In this document: piece by piece, positions 27,416-36,358 of the stretch | Layout of the letters: every line of letters starts with the position of its first letter | How positions within the stretch are numbered: the stretch's first letter is position 1 | Assembly: GCA_963674965.2 (NCBI GenBank) | Contig: CAXXFL010000002.1 | Coordinates: forward strand, 544,001-608,000 | Direction of reading: 5' to 3' | Origin: a bacterium | GTDB lineage: Bacteria; RBG-13-61-14; DATKZS01 | DNA: 64,000 nucleotides | Made by a program: the position numbers and the translations under genes | Notes under the pieces: model-generated | Told to the model about the DNA's origin: nothing | Seen by the model: only the letters and a program-made list of their open reading frames with translations | The model's database searches: none

Positions 27416-28351
27416 ATGAAATTCAGCGTTATCATACCGGCCTATAACCACGCGGACGTCATCAGAAGGGCCGCGGACTCGGCCCTCGCCCAGACCCTCG
27501 CCCCCCTCGAGGTCATTGTGGTGGACGACGGATCGGCGGACGATCCCCTTTCCGCGCTCGGGTCCGCCCGAGACAAGGTGATATTCATCCGCCAGGAAAA
27601 CAAGGGGCCAGCCGCCGCCAGGAACGCGGGAGCGGCCAAGGCAAGGGGAGAGTGGCTGGCCTTTCTCGACGCCGACGATTTGTGGCTGCCGGAAAAGCTC
27701 GAGGCCATGGCCGCCCTTTTGGAGGATGACCCCGAGGCGAGCCTGGCCCACTCCGACGGATGGGTGATAGCGGGCTACAAGCCGGTCACCGAACTGAAGT
27801 CCGAGCCTACCTACTTCTCGAGCCGAAAGCCGGTCCAAGGAAAGGACGCCGCGAAAATCTTCCTGGCCAACCCCGTCATCACCTCGTCCGTCTGCATAAG
27901 ACGCGAGGCTTTCCATAAGACGGGCGGCTTTGACGAGACCTTCCGGATAAACGAGGACGCCGACCTCTTCCTCCGGCTGATGAGCGCGGGCCGAGCGCTT
28001 TTTTCTCCGCTTCCCCTCGTGGCCCAGTACTGTTCGCCGGAGGGCGCCGGACGCGACCCCGCCGCCTATCTGGACTCCTCGGTCAGGGTGATAAGGAAAG
28101 CCATGGAATATTGCCCCGCCATGACTCCCGAGTTGAAACGGTCGCTTTTCGCGACGCAAAGGGCGTCCTTCCTCTACGCCCTCCGGGACGGCGACGCGAA
28201 AAAAGCCCGGAGCGCCTGGAACGAGACCATATTGATCAAGGCTCCCTCCATAAAGGACCTGGCCATTACGGCCCTCCTCAACCTTGGCGGCCGGGCGGGC
28301 CTTAGGTATATCCAGAAAAGATTAGGCAAAACCCTCGAGGGTTTGCGATAG
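27416..28351 (+). CDS. Glycosyltransferase family 2
   Basis: SVIIPAYN, VVDDGS, ARNAG, FLDADD and ED motifs. Confidence 0.92.
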   Translation: MKFSVIIPAYNHADVIRRAADSALAQTLAPLEVIVVDDGSADDPLSALGSARDKVIFIRQENKGPAAARNAGAAKARGEWLAFLDADDLWLPEKLEAMAALLEDDPEASLAHSDGWVIAGYKPVTELKSEPTYFSSRKPVQGKDAAKIFLANPVITSSVCIRREAFHKTGGFDETFRINEDADLFLRLMSAGRALFSPLPLVAQYCSPEGAGRDPAAYLDSSVRVIRKAMEYCPAMTPELKRSLFATQRASFLYALRDGDAKKARSAWNETILIKAPSIKDLAITALLNLGGRAGLRYIQKRLGKTLEGLR

Positions 28352-28622
28352 CCTCGATCCGCTCGTCGTCAAAGCCCCTGAAAAAACGCCGCCAAAAGCG
28401 CGGCCCGGAGCTTTGGGCCCTTCTGTTTCTTTTTCCCGTCTTTTCTGAAAATTTTCTCTATCAATTGAAAAAAGTCGTGTTACAATAGCCCTTGCTTTTT
28501 CTTTACCGAAAGGTAAGAAACAAGGGCCGCGCCGGGCCAAGGTGAAGCAAAATAAAACGCGGGCCATGGCGTAATCGCCGGATATGTAATTATATTTCAT
28601 ACGCTTAAGCAAGGAGAAGGAA

Positions 28623-29789
28623 ATGAATTTCGAGTTTCCCGAGGAGATAAGGGTACTAAGGTCCAACATCAGAAGGTTCGTGGATAAGGAACTCATACCC
28701 ATAAACGCGCGGGTGGAAAAGGACCGGGCCATCCCGCCCGGGATCATCGAGATGATGAAGGAGATGGGCCTTTACGGTATCAACACTCCCGTCGAGTACG
28801 GCGGCATGGGCATGTCCACGGTGGCATCCTGCGTTATCCAGGAGGAACTGGCCCGGGCCAACAACGCCTATTGTTTCCATATCAGCGGCAACATCGGCAT
28901 CGGCACCATGGGCATAGTTCATTACGGCAACGAGGCGCAAAAGCAAAAATACCTCGAGAGGATGGCGAGGGGAGAGATACTGTCCTGCTTCGCGCTGACC
29001 GAGCCCAACGCCGGTTCCGACGCGGCGGCCATCCAGACCCGGGCGGTCAGGAATGGCGACAAGTACGTTGTGAACGGTCTCAAGCATTTCATCACCAAGG
29101 GCGACATATCCGACGTTTACACCGTGATCGCGGTGACGGACAAGGAAAAGGGCAGGAAGGGCATGAGCGCTTTCATCGTCGAGAAGGGCATGCCGGGTTT
29201 CTCGATCGGCAAGATTCAGCGCTCGATGTCCTCGGACATATGTTGCCAGTGCGAGCTTGTTTTCGAGGACTGCGAGGTCCCGGCCGAGAACCTTCTGGGG
29301 GAGGAAGGGCAGGGCTTCGAGCTGGCGCTGGGCGTCCTCGAGGAAGGGCGGCTCAACCTCGGCGCCCGCTCGGTGGGTATAGCCCGGCGCCTCATCGAGC
29401 TTTCCCGCGACCACTCGCTCATACGCGAGCAGTTCGGCAAGCCCATATCCCAGTTCCAGGCCATCCAGTTCATGCTGGCGGACATGATGACCGAGCTTTA
29501 CGCCATGAAGAGCATGGTCTACGACACGGCCTGGCGCCTGGACCGGGGCGATCGGAACCGCGCCCGGGCGGGCATGGTCAAGCTTTTCTGTTCCGAGGCG
29601 GTGGGCCGTATCGCGGACCGGGCCGTGCAGATTCACGGGGGCACGGGCTACATGGAGGAGGGCCCCATCGAGGCGGTCTACCGCGAGGTGCGGGGCATGC
29701 GTATTTACGAGGGCACGAGCGAGATACAGAGGGTGATAATATCCAGGGACCTTTTAAAGAACGGACTGTCAACCCTGGGCTATGAATGA
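28623..29789 (+). CDS. Acyl-CoA dehydrogenase
   Basis: FALTEPNAGSD, REQFGKPISQFQAIQ, AVQIHGG and IYEGTSEIQR. Confidence 0.95.
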   Translation: MNFEFPEEIRVLRSNIRRFVDKELIPINARVEKDRAIPPGIIEMMKEMGLYGINTPVEYGGMGMSTVASCVIQEELARANNAYCFHISGNIGIGTMGIVHYGNEAQKQKYLERMARGEILSCFALTEPNAGSDAAAIQTRAVRNGDKYVVNGLKHFITKGDISDVYTVIAVTDKEKGRKGMSAFIVEKGMPGFSIGKIQRSMSSDICCQCELVFEDCEVPAENLLGEEGQGFELALGVLEEGRLNLGARSVGIARRLIELSRDHSLIREQFGKPISQFQAIQFMLADMMTELYAMKSMVYDTAWRLDRGDRNRARAGMVKLFCSEAVGRIADRAVQIHGGTGYMEEGPIEAVYREVRGMRIYEGTSEIQRVIISRDLLKNGLSTLGYE

Positions 29790-29854
29790 CCCTCGCGCCG
29801 GACGCCATCGGTGCTATACTCTCATAAAACAACCATTGAACGGAGGTCCTGAAG

Positions 29855-30412
29855 ATGTCATATATCGGCGCCAAAGATAGCGGGGCCATGCCCGACGATT
29901 TGAAACGAGTGGTGGATTTCCACGGGCATTTTTGTCCCGGCATGATGATCGGCTACCGGGCGGCCAAGGCCGGCCTCGAGATACTTGGCTCGGAGCGGGC
30001 CGAGGACGAGGAGCTGGTGGCCATTGTCGAGAACGACTCGTGCGCGGTGGACGCGGTGCAGGTCCTTACCGGGGCCACCTTCGGCAAGGGCAACCTCATC
30101 TTCAGGGACCACGGCAAGCAGGTCTTCACCTTCATGCTCCGGCCCTCGGGCAAGGCGGTGAGGCTGGCCCTCAAGGCCGGGGCCCTGGGCGGCGGCGAGC
30201 TCTCGAGGGACGAGAAGGCCGAGCTGCTTTCCACCCGGCCCACCGAGGAGCTTTTCGACGTCCAGCGAACCACCCTCGACCTCCCGGCCAAGGCCCAGAT
30301 AAGGAAAAGCGTCATCTGCGACTCCTGCGGCGAGCCGGTCATGGAAACCCGGACCATCGGGGTCAAGGGCAAAACCCTTTGCTTCCCCTGCGCCGGCAAG
30401 GACGCTGACTGA
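29855..30412 (+). CDS. FmdE family protein with C-terminal zinc finger
   Basis: FHGHFCPG, ENDSCAVDAVQ, TFGKGNL and CDSCGE..CFPC. Confidence 0.88.
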   Translation: MSYIGAKDSGAMPDDLKRVVDFHGHFCPGMMIGYRAAKAGLEILGSERAEDEELVAIVENDSCAVDAVQVLTGATFGKGNLIFRDHGKQVFTFMLRPSGKAVRLALKAGALGGGELSRDEKAELLSTRPTEELFDVQRTTLDLPAKAQIRKSVICDSCGEPVMETRTIGVKGKTLCFPCAGKDAD

Positions 30413-30675
30413 AGCCCCGAACGGAGCGAAGGTCCATAGCCCAGCGGTGGAGGACACGGGAGTTTACATTACCCTGGGGGTAGTTGAATAAATCCGGCCG
30501 ATCACTGAAAGCGCGGCGCTCCCCATTCAGGAAGACGGCCGTATTTTCCCCGGACCTTTCCTCATTTGCGCCGTCCCTCAGGACTCATTTATTTACCACT
30601 ATCTTTTCCCAGGGTTTCGGCCGCCGGTCGCGGCCTTCAACCATGGGCTATAGATCGCCGTCCCTGATGGAACTT
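30413..30675. repeat. Degenerate REP-like palindromic cluster with an inverted arm pair
   Basis: TCCATAGCCCAGCGGTGGAGG near the left end is an imperfect inverted repeat of CCTTCAACCATGGGCTATAGA near the right end; internal CCCTGGG/CCCAGGG and short GCCCCGAACGGAGC-type hairpins. Confidence 0.45.
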
Positions 30676-30799
30676 ATCGAAGGGCGGCCCGTCCGCTTTG
30701 GGATGAAGTGGATGATCTGATATGGTGGATAATGCCGGTTTGGAGTTTTTGGACTTTTTGTAATGAGGTCAGCGCTGACGGAAAGAAGGGAGGTCCCGC

Positions 30800-31225
30800 G
30801 TGAGAATCATAGCGGTAATATTTTGGGTAATCGCGGTCTCGTTGCTGGTTTACGCCCTGGTCACGGTCGACAATAGCAAGGACGTGGGAACGACCCTTCA
30901 GATACTGGGATTTTTCGCGCTTCTTATCCTGGGCGTTCTCTTTTGGGTCTCAGTGGGTGAAGATGGCCGGGACAGGGCCATGAAACTGGGCGAACCGCTT
31001 GAAGCCGTAATTATCGAGGTTGAGGACACGAGTATCTCGAGTCACGGCTTGCCTCAACTCAAGTTCACGCTTGAAGTGGCGTCGCCCGACTCGGGGACGG
31101 CCAGGATCGAATTAAAGGAGCGCGTTCCCATGAGCAAGCTCGGGAGCGTCAAAAAGGGCGAAAAGCTGGTGGTCAAGCGCGACCCGGAGGACGAAAGTAA
31201 AATCTACGTCGACTGGCAAGCCTGA
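30800..31225 (+). CDS. Hypothetical membrane protein (2 TM + OB-fold-like soluble domain)
   Basis: GGAGG SD, GTG start, two hydrophobic helices, C-terminal VVKRDPED..IYVD. Confidence 0.7.
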   Translation: MRIIAVIFWVIAVSLLVYALVTVDNSKDVGTTLQILGFFALLILGVLFWVSVGEDGRDRAMKLGEPLEAVIIEVEDTSISSHGLPQLKFTLEVASPDSGTARIELKERVPMSKLGSVKKGEKLVVKRDPEDESKIYVDWQA

Positions 31226-31352
31226 GAAGAAAGATTGGGTTTTCCTCCTCCCTCGGAGATTGGTATCGGGATTTCCCGCTTTATTAATGACCCGGACGGC
31301 TTGAAAAAACCGCCCGGGCCGTAATTCCCTCGACAAAAATCAAATAATTATA

Positions 31353-31522
31353 TCAATTCGAGGCGCAACGAAAACCTATATCATAATACTTGTAATCCGG
31401 GAATTCTCCGATCCTTTCCGACGCGCGTCCGCACTGGTTATCCCAACCGCCGCCGCGATATACGCGAAGCGTGCCCGACGTCGGCCCGGTCGGGTCGAGG
31501 GTCGGACTAACGCTATAATAAT
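31353..31522 (-). pseudogene. Orphan C-terminal fragment of an FGE-sulfatase/CLec-fold gene
   Basis: Encodes DYYSVSPTLDPTGPTSGTLRVYRGGGW...IGFRCASN*; the upstream part of ORF 31353..31757 lacks the RLPTEAEWE and GNxWEW motifs. Confidence 0.7.
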
Positions 31523-31832
31523 CCCTCACCCTCATGACGTTGCAGTTTCCGCAAAAGCCCGTCATGCGCCTCGGGATAAAGTAGGCCACCATGGCGACGT
31601 AAACCGCCATTGAGGCGTAATGCGCGACAAGGAGGGCTTTCGCGGCGTGGTCATTTGAGCGTGGCGCTATCCCCGGTGGATTCATGAATATTCCTTTTCG
31701 CGTTATTAAAGAGGTAATTATCACTTCGAACTGCTCCTTTGGATTGTATCCCGGCATGGCCCCTCGCGATCATTCGTGTTTATAAGCCAAGGGTAGCCCA
31801 TCGCGTTCACGCGCGGCCGGAGAAGCCGCGGG

Positions 31833-32270
31833 CTACGCTCCGTTCGCGAAGACGAATATAACGTTTAAAAGATATTTCCAGACAAAACCAAGGTAGGATC
31901 CATTTACGTTCGTCCATATTATGGCGGCGACTTTTCCGTCATCCTTGAAACAGCCCGCTATTCCAAAGATAAAGCTGAAAAAGGACAGCAGAACCGTGAC
32001 CGGAATGAGCGCGAAAAAGATTACAATTAGAGGCGCCAGGCCGTAGTATCCCCAATCAGCACATGACGCGTCCTCCTCCGCCGCCGCCCGGCATTTTGAG
32101 TCGTCCGGCTCGCAATGATACTCCTGAATTATGCTCTCGCGCTGGTTTTCAATTTCATGCGCATAGTAAAGGACCGCCGCCAGAGTTACGATAATATATC
32201 CCGCTATCAGGATCAGGTTTATCAGACCAAATGCGGACGCCAAATTCCCATATAGTCTTCTTGAACTCAT
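31833..32270 (-). CDS. Hypothetical membrane protein
   Basis: Three hydrophobic segments and a Cys-containing loop; ATG at about 32270 after GAGGAG; lower GC than the host genes. Confidence 0.55.
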   Translation of the reverse strand: MSSRRLYGNLASAFGLINLILIAGYIIVTLAAVLYYAHEIENQRESIIQEYHCEPDDSKCRAAAEEDASCADWGYYGLAPLIVIFFALIPVTVLLSFFSFIFGIAGCFKDDGKVAAIIWTNVNGSYLGFVWKYLLNVIFVFANGA

Positions 32271-32717
32271 CAAGCTCCTCACGGCCGCCCCAAAACGAGC
32301 GATCGATCAGGAGCTTACCGCCTGAATGTGAAGGAAATATGGCTAAAATAAGGAACGTCGCGGCGTGACGCGTCTTTTTTGCGACTCCCTCGCGGAGTTG
32401 GGAAAGGACTTCGCCCAACGGACTATTGCGCCCCAAGGCGAAAAAATGCCGGACGAACGAAAATTGCGGCGAGAAATCCCTTTTGGAATTACGATTTAGA
32501 TATGAAAAGAAGCGGGACTTAAGGAAATTAGAGGACTGGACGGTGATTTGCAACGGCCCCGAAAATTAGTGATCCGTGAGGAGCTTATTTTGGTACACCC
32601 GTCTCGCGTCGCAAGAGCCACACGGTTTTCATAAGAACCTTTGGGGGGTTCTTCGGAACCCCTCACGCGGCAATTAGAAACCTTGACGCATCTATCGGGC
32701 GTGTATTATATTGTAAA

Positions 32718-32903
32718 AAGCTTCTTGCAAAAGCCCTTTTCTTGGCGGCATAGCCGCTTTGGAGTGCGGTCGCTTGAGACCGCTTTCGATGGCCTTGGCT
32801 TGACAAGGCCTAACAATAAAACGGCTTGCCTCGCGTCAAGCCGCTCGGAAGAAAAGCGGCGTCGAGCCGCCGCACTCCAAAGCTGTGCTTTTGCAAGAGG
32901 CTC
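32718..32903 (-). mobile_element. 186-bp MITE, copy 2 (inverted relative to copy 1)
   Basis: Reverse complement aligns without gaps to 20774-20959 with 14 mismatches by hand count (~92% identity); no flanking duplication. Confidence 0.85.
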
Positions 32904-32941
32904 CTTCACCAATTAATTATCAGAAGCTCATGATTTTTTTC

Positions 32942-32970
32942 TTGACAAGCCGCGTCGATTATGCTAAATC
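32942..32970 (+). promoter_or_regulatory. Putative sigma70 promoter upstream of the structured region
   Basis: Perfect TTGACA (32942-32947) followed by TGCTAAAT in the -10 region; the -10 hexamer is imperfect. Confidence 0.45.
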
Positions 32971-32973
32971 AAG

Positions 32974-33411
32974 CGATTGATTGAATGAGTTGCCGGTTGA
33001 ATCGGCTTGTATGGTAAAGCTTTAGCTCACTGATTATTTTGTCCAATCGAGCCCCGGTTGATTTCTGGGCCGTAAGACTCTGGACGGCGCGTCGCTCCAC
33101 CCCGGATGGCGGCCGCTAGGACAGGGTCTTACCGCCGAGAAATTATAACTTTTTTGGGGAGAGTAGCGGGGAGGATTCCGGCCTGAAGGGACGCGCGTTT
33201 ATCTTGGCGTGGGCCGAAATCTCCCCGCGATAAAAACAGCGCGGGCATAACGGTCCTTTCTTGAAGTAGATTATTGGCGTAAACTGGCGGATACATTAGC
33301 CATTATAGGCCGATTTCCGCGAGGAAGCTTTCAAGCCGTACCCCCCGTCACTCGGGAGTAAGTCGTACCCGAATGATACGAGCTTCCATTTGCCGCGACA
33401 AGCAAGTCGCG
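32974..33411 (+). ncRNA. Candidate structured ncRNA or long 5' leader (unassigned family)
   Basis: Consecutive hairpin domains; G-U pairs favour the + strand; no ORF of 60 aa or more in the ORF track. Confidence 0.4.
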
Positions 33412-33430
33412 CGTGGCGGAGTTTTCGATC

Positions 33431-34846
33431 ATGAAGGGTAGACATTCTTATCTTGTTGTATTAACATATATTTTAATTTCGACTTGCCTTATAATTCCCT
33501 CCTCCAGGGCGTCCGTTCCCCAGTCAACGCTGGGAAGATACTATGACCTGGTCGAGGTCCCGGGCGACATGCTGGATTCAGCCGCTGGACATGAGATAAA
33601 GAGTCTGGCCCTGTACGCCAAAAAGAACGGCGCCTGGGATCAGGTCCTTGTTCAGGTTGACGAGAAAACGGAGAAGGGAGACTTTGTCCTGCCAAAGGGA
33701 CCGGAGGCAAACGGGTCCGAGGCTGACGGCAAGTTCGACGCGCGGGACGTGATTGCCTTTATGGCGCGTGACGCCGGCGAGAAGGCGGCCGAGGGCGAGA
33801 TTCCGGACGGAGTCTCGGCCATGGATGAAATTGAGCTTAAAGACCCGGACTCGGGAAAGAGCGCCTGGATATACCTGGCCGTCCATGACGGAAACGCGCC
33901 CGAGTGCAAGGCCGAGCCGGTTGCGAAGTTGATAGACACGGGCGGGGTATTCAATTTCCGCTTTCCCAGCTACGGCTATGACGGACTGATTAACGCCAAG
34001 GAAAAGAAGGACACGCCCACCATATTCATCAATAAGCTTTGGGTGACGAAAAGGGCGGGGGGCAACGAGCGGAACATCCTGGACCGCCAGAAGATACGAG
34101 GCTCGATCACTTTTCTGGGCGGCGTTATCGAGGTCCCCATCAACGAGAGCATCGTGAGCGGGGGAGTATCGGCGTACAAGTCGGGCCCGGTCAGGATAAT
34201 AACCCATTCCCAGATGTACCCGCTTTTTCCCATGGGGATCAAGGGTCCCAAGTTTTATATCGACTCGATAATGTCGGACACCCTGACCCTGACCACGACC
34301 ACCATGTCCGTTCCCTTTGATCCGGGGTCGCTCATCCACGACATGACCCTGGCCTTTTCCACCGACCTCACGCCCTCGGCCAAGGGCATGCTTTACTATA
34401 ATTCCCGGAACCTGGAGGGAGTCGAGATCGACGGCAAGATGGACGACAAGGAGAAGGGGCTGGACAAGGGCAAGGACGAATGGCGCATGACCACGGGGCC
34501 GCAGGGAACGCAGATACAGTTCACCCGCTTCGATCCCAAGTTCCTGAAAAACGGCGAGGCGTCCTCCACATATAACGACGACGAGACCGATGAAAACCCG
34601 CCCGAGAACTTTCCCGGCGACGTGGGGGCGGCGGCCGACCAGATAGTGATCAAGAGCCTGGAGGCCGGCTCCTATAAGATACACACCTTCGGCTGCGTGC
34701 CGGAGAATTTCTACCAGGGACGAGAGCTGGACAAGGAGCACCTCGAGGCCGTGCTGGCCGTGCCCAACCGGCCCATCTCGATCATGGCCTCGGGCAAGGA
34801 AATCAAGAATCAGGGCGGGACCCCAAGAGGCGTGATCGAAAAATAG
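33431..34846 (+). CDS. Exported hypothetical protein
   Basis: Signal peptide MKGRHSYLVVLTYILISTCLIIPSSRA; GGAG SD before the ATG at 33431; host-like codon usage. Confidence 0.8.
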   Translation: MKGRHSYLVVLTYILISTCLIIPSSRASVPQSTLGRYYDLVEVPGDMLDSAAGHEIKSLALYAKKNGAWDQVLVQVDEKTEKGDFVLPKGPEANGSEADGKFDARDVIAFMARDAGEKAAEGEIPDGVSAMDEIELKDPDSGKSAWIYLAVHDGNAPECKAEPVAKLIDTGGVFNFRFPSYGYDGLINAKEKKDTPTIFINKLWVTKRAGGNERNILDRQKIRGSITFLGGVIEVPINESIVSGGVSAYKSGPVRIITHSQMYPLFPMGIKGPKFYIDSIMSDTLTLTTTTMSVPFDPGSLIHDMTLAFSTDLTPSAKGMLYYNSRNLEGVEIDGKMDDKEKGLDKGKDEWRMTTGPQGTQIQFTRFDPKFLKNGEASSTYNDDETDENPPENFPGDVGAAADQIVIKSLEAGSYKIHTFGCVPENFYQGRELDKEHLEAVLAVPNRPISIMASGKEIKNQGGTPRGVIEK

Positions 34847-34960
34847 TCGTCTTCTCCTCGACCTCTTAAGAACTCGTAATAAACGTTTCGAGGCGTTCGA
34901 GTCGCGTTTAATAATCTCAGGTTTTTACGGGGCGCTTCAATACTCTCCGTCGATTCCCGT

Positions 34961-34988
34961 TTGACATATTGCGCCTGATGGATAATAT
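34961..34988 (+). promoter_or_regulatory. Putative sigma70 promoter
   Basis: TTGACA, 16-bp spacer, TAATAT upstream of 35040. Confidence 0.45.
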
Positions 34989-35039
34989 GTCCATGGGGAT
35001 TTCCCAACCTTTTCAACTCACAGGGGGAGGAGTGAAGTC

Positions 35040-36353
35040 ATGAGAGTTAAAAACTCTATAGCGCGAGTATGTTTTTTCTTGGTTCTTTCAGCCGCGGCTC
35101 TGGCCTGGACGGCTTCCGCGCCTCAGTTGATAAACTACCAGGGAAGGTTATCCGACGGACTTGGCCAGCCGCTCGATAACGGATCGACGGTTGATTTGAC
35201 CTTCGCCTTTTACGGGGTTGAGTCGGGCTCGACCCCACTTTTTCTCACGGTCCTCCAGGAGGACGTGCTGGTGAACGGGGGATTATATAGCGCGCTTATC
35301 GGCTCGGGATCGATAATTCCTGGCGCGGAGAATGATCTAGCCTCGGTTTTCCAAAACCATCGGGACGTGTGGATGGGCGTTAAAGTCGACTCCGACCCCG
35401 AGATGACTCCCAGGCAAAGAATAACCAGCGCGCCCTACGCTCTCAAGGTCGATCCCGGCTGGCTTACCGCCTTTTTCAATAAAAGTGACTTTGACGGAGA
35501 CGGCTATGCCAAGGTGATGGACGGTGACACGGCCACCACGGACTGCAACGACGGCGACGCCTCGATCAACCCCGGCGCGGAAGAGAATTGCACCGACGGC
35601 GTGGACAATGATTGTAACGGACTTGCCGACGGCATGGACCCCGTTTGTCTGGGGCATGTTCCGGCGGGATGCTACTACATGGGGGACCACTTCAATGAAG
35701 GCAACTCCAATGAGCTTCCGGTCCATTACGTTTGTATTACCTCGGACATGTACATGGACGTCCATGAGGTAACCAACGCCGAGTACAAGGCCTGCGTGGA
35801 CGCGGCCGCGTGCACGGTCCCGGGCGACACGAGCAGCGACACTCGCTCTCCTTATTACGGAAACCCGGCCTATGACGATTACCCCGTGATTTACGTCAGT
35901 TGGAACCAGGCGACGGCCTACTGCTCCTGGGCGGGGAAGCGCCTTCCCACCGAGGCCGAGTGGGAGTACGCGGCCCGGGGAGGTCTTGAGGGCAAGCGTT
36001 ATTTTTGGGGTGACACCTTGACGGGGTCGGAGGCCAATTACTACGACTCGGGCGATCCCTTTGACAACGACACTTCTCCGGTGGGTTACTTTCCGCCCAA
36101 CGGCTATGGACTTTACGACATGGCGGGGAACGCCTGGGAATGGGTCAATGACAGGTATTACTCCTTATATTATCAATACTGCGTGGACAATACCATCGTC
36201 AATGACCCTCCCGGCTATTTTTCCGGTACCAATCGCGTTATTCGAAGCGGCGGATGGAACGGCGACTCGCCTTATATCCGCGCGTCATACAAGTTCAACG
36301 CTTCTCCAACGTATCAGGGATATCACATCGGCTTCCGGTGCGTTCGAAACTAA
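35040..36353 (+). CDS. Exported modular protein: YQGRL N-terminal domain, Asp/Cys metal-binding motif, FGE-sulfatase (SUMF1/CLec) domain
   Basis: Signal peptide; PQLINYQGRL; DCNDGDASINPGAEENCTDGVDNDCNG; HEVTNAEY, RLPTEAEWEYAARGG, GLYDMAGNAWEW and IGFRC. Confidence 0.88.
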   Translation: MRVKNSIARVCFFLVLSAAALAWTASAPQLINYQGRLSDGLGQPLDNGSTVDLTFAFYGVESGSTPLFLTVLQEDVLVNGGLYSALIGSGSIIPGAENDLASVFQNHRDVWMGVKVDSDPEMTPRQRITSAPYALKVDPGWLTAFFNKSDFDGDGYAKVMDGDTATTDCNDGDASINPGAEENCTDGVDNDCNGLADGMDPVCLGHVPAGCYYMGDHFNEGNSNELPVHYVCITSDMYMDVHEVTNAEYKACVDAAACTVPGDTSSDTRSPYYGNPAYDDYPVIYVSWNQATAYCSWAGKRLPTEAEWEYAARGGLEGKRYFWGDTLTGSEANYYDSGDPFDNDTSPVGYFPPNGYGLYDMAGNAWEWVNDRYYSLYYQYCVDNTIVNDPPGYFSGTNRVIRSGGWNGDSPYIRASYKFNASPTYQGYHIGFRCVRN

Positions 36354-36358
36354 GTCCC

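Noticed and set aside
33145-33200. c-di-GMP-I or c-di-AMP riboswitch
   Set aside because: Short look-alike words (GTAGCGGGG, TCCGGCCT, GGGACGC, TTTTGGGG) are present but not in the required order or structure.
34868-34937. Short MITE-like inverted repeat (AAGAACTCGTAATAAAC / GTTTTTACGGGGCGCTT)
   Set aside because: Too degenerate and single-copy in the window; it may just be a weak terminator.
31353-36353. Complete diversity-generating retroelement (TR/VR pair)
   Set aside because: The two FGE tails are too divergent at DNA level, differences are not restricted to adenines, and no RT or avd gene is in the window.
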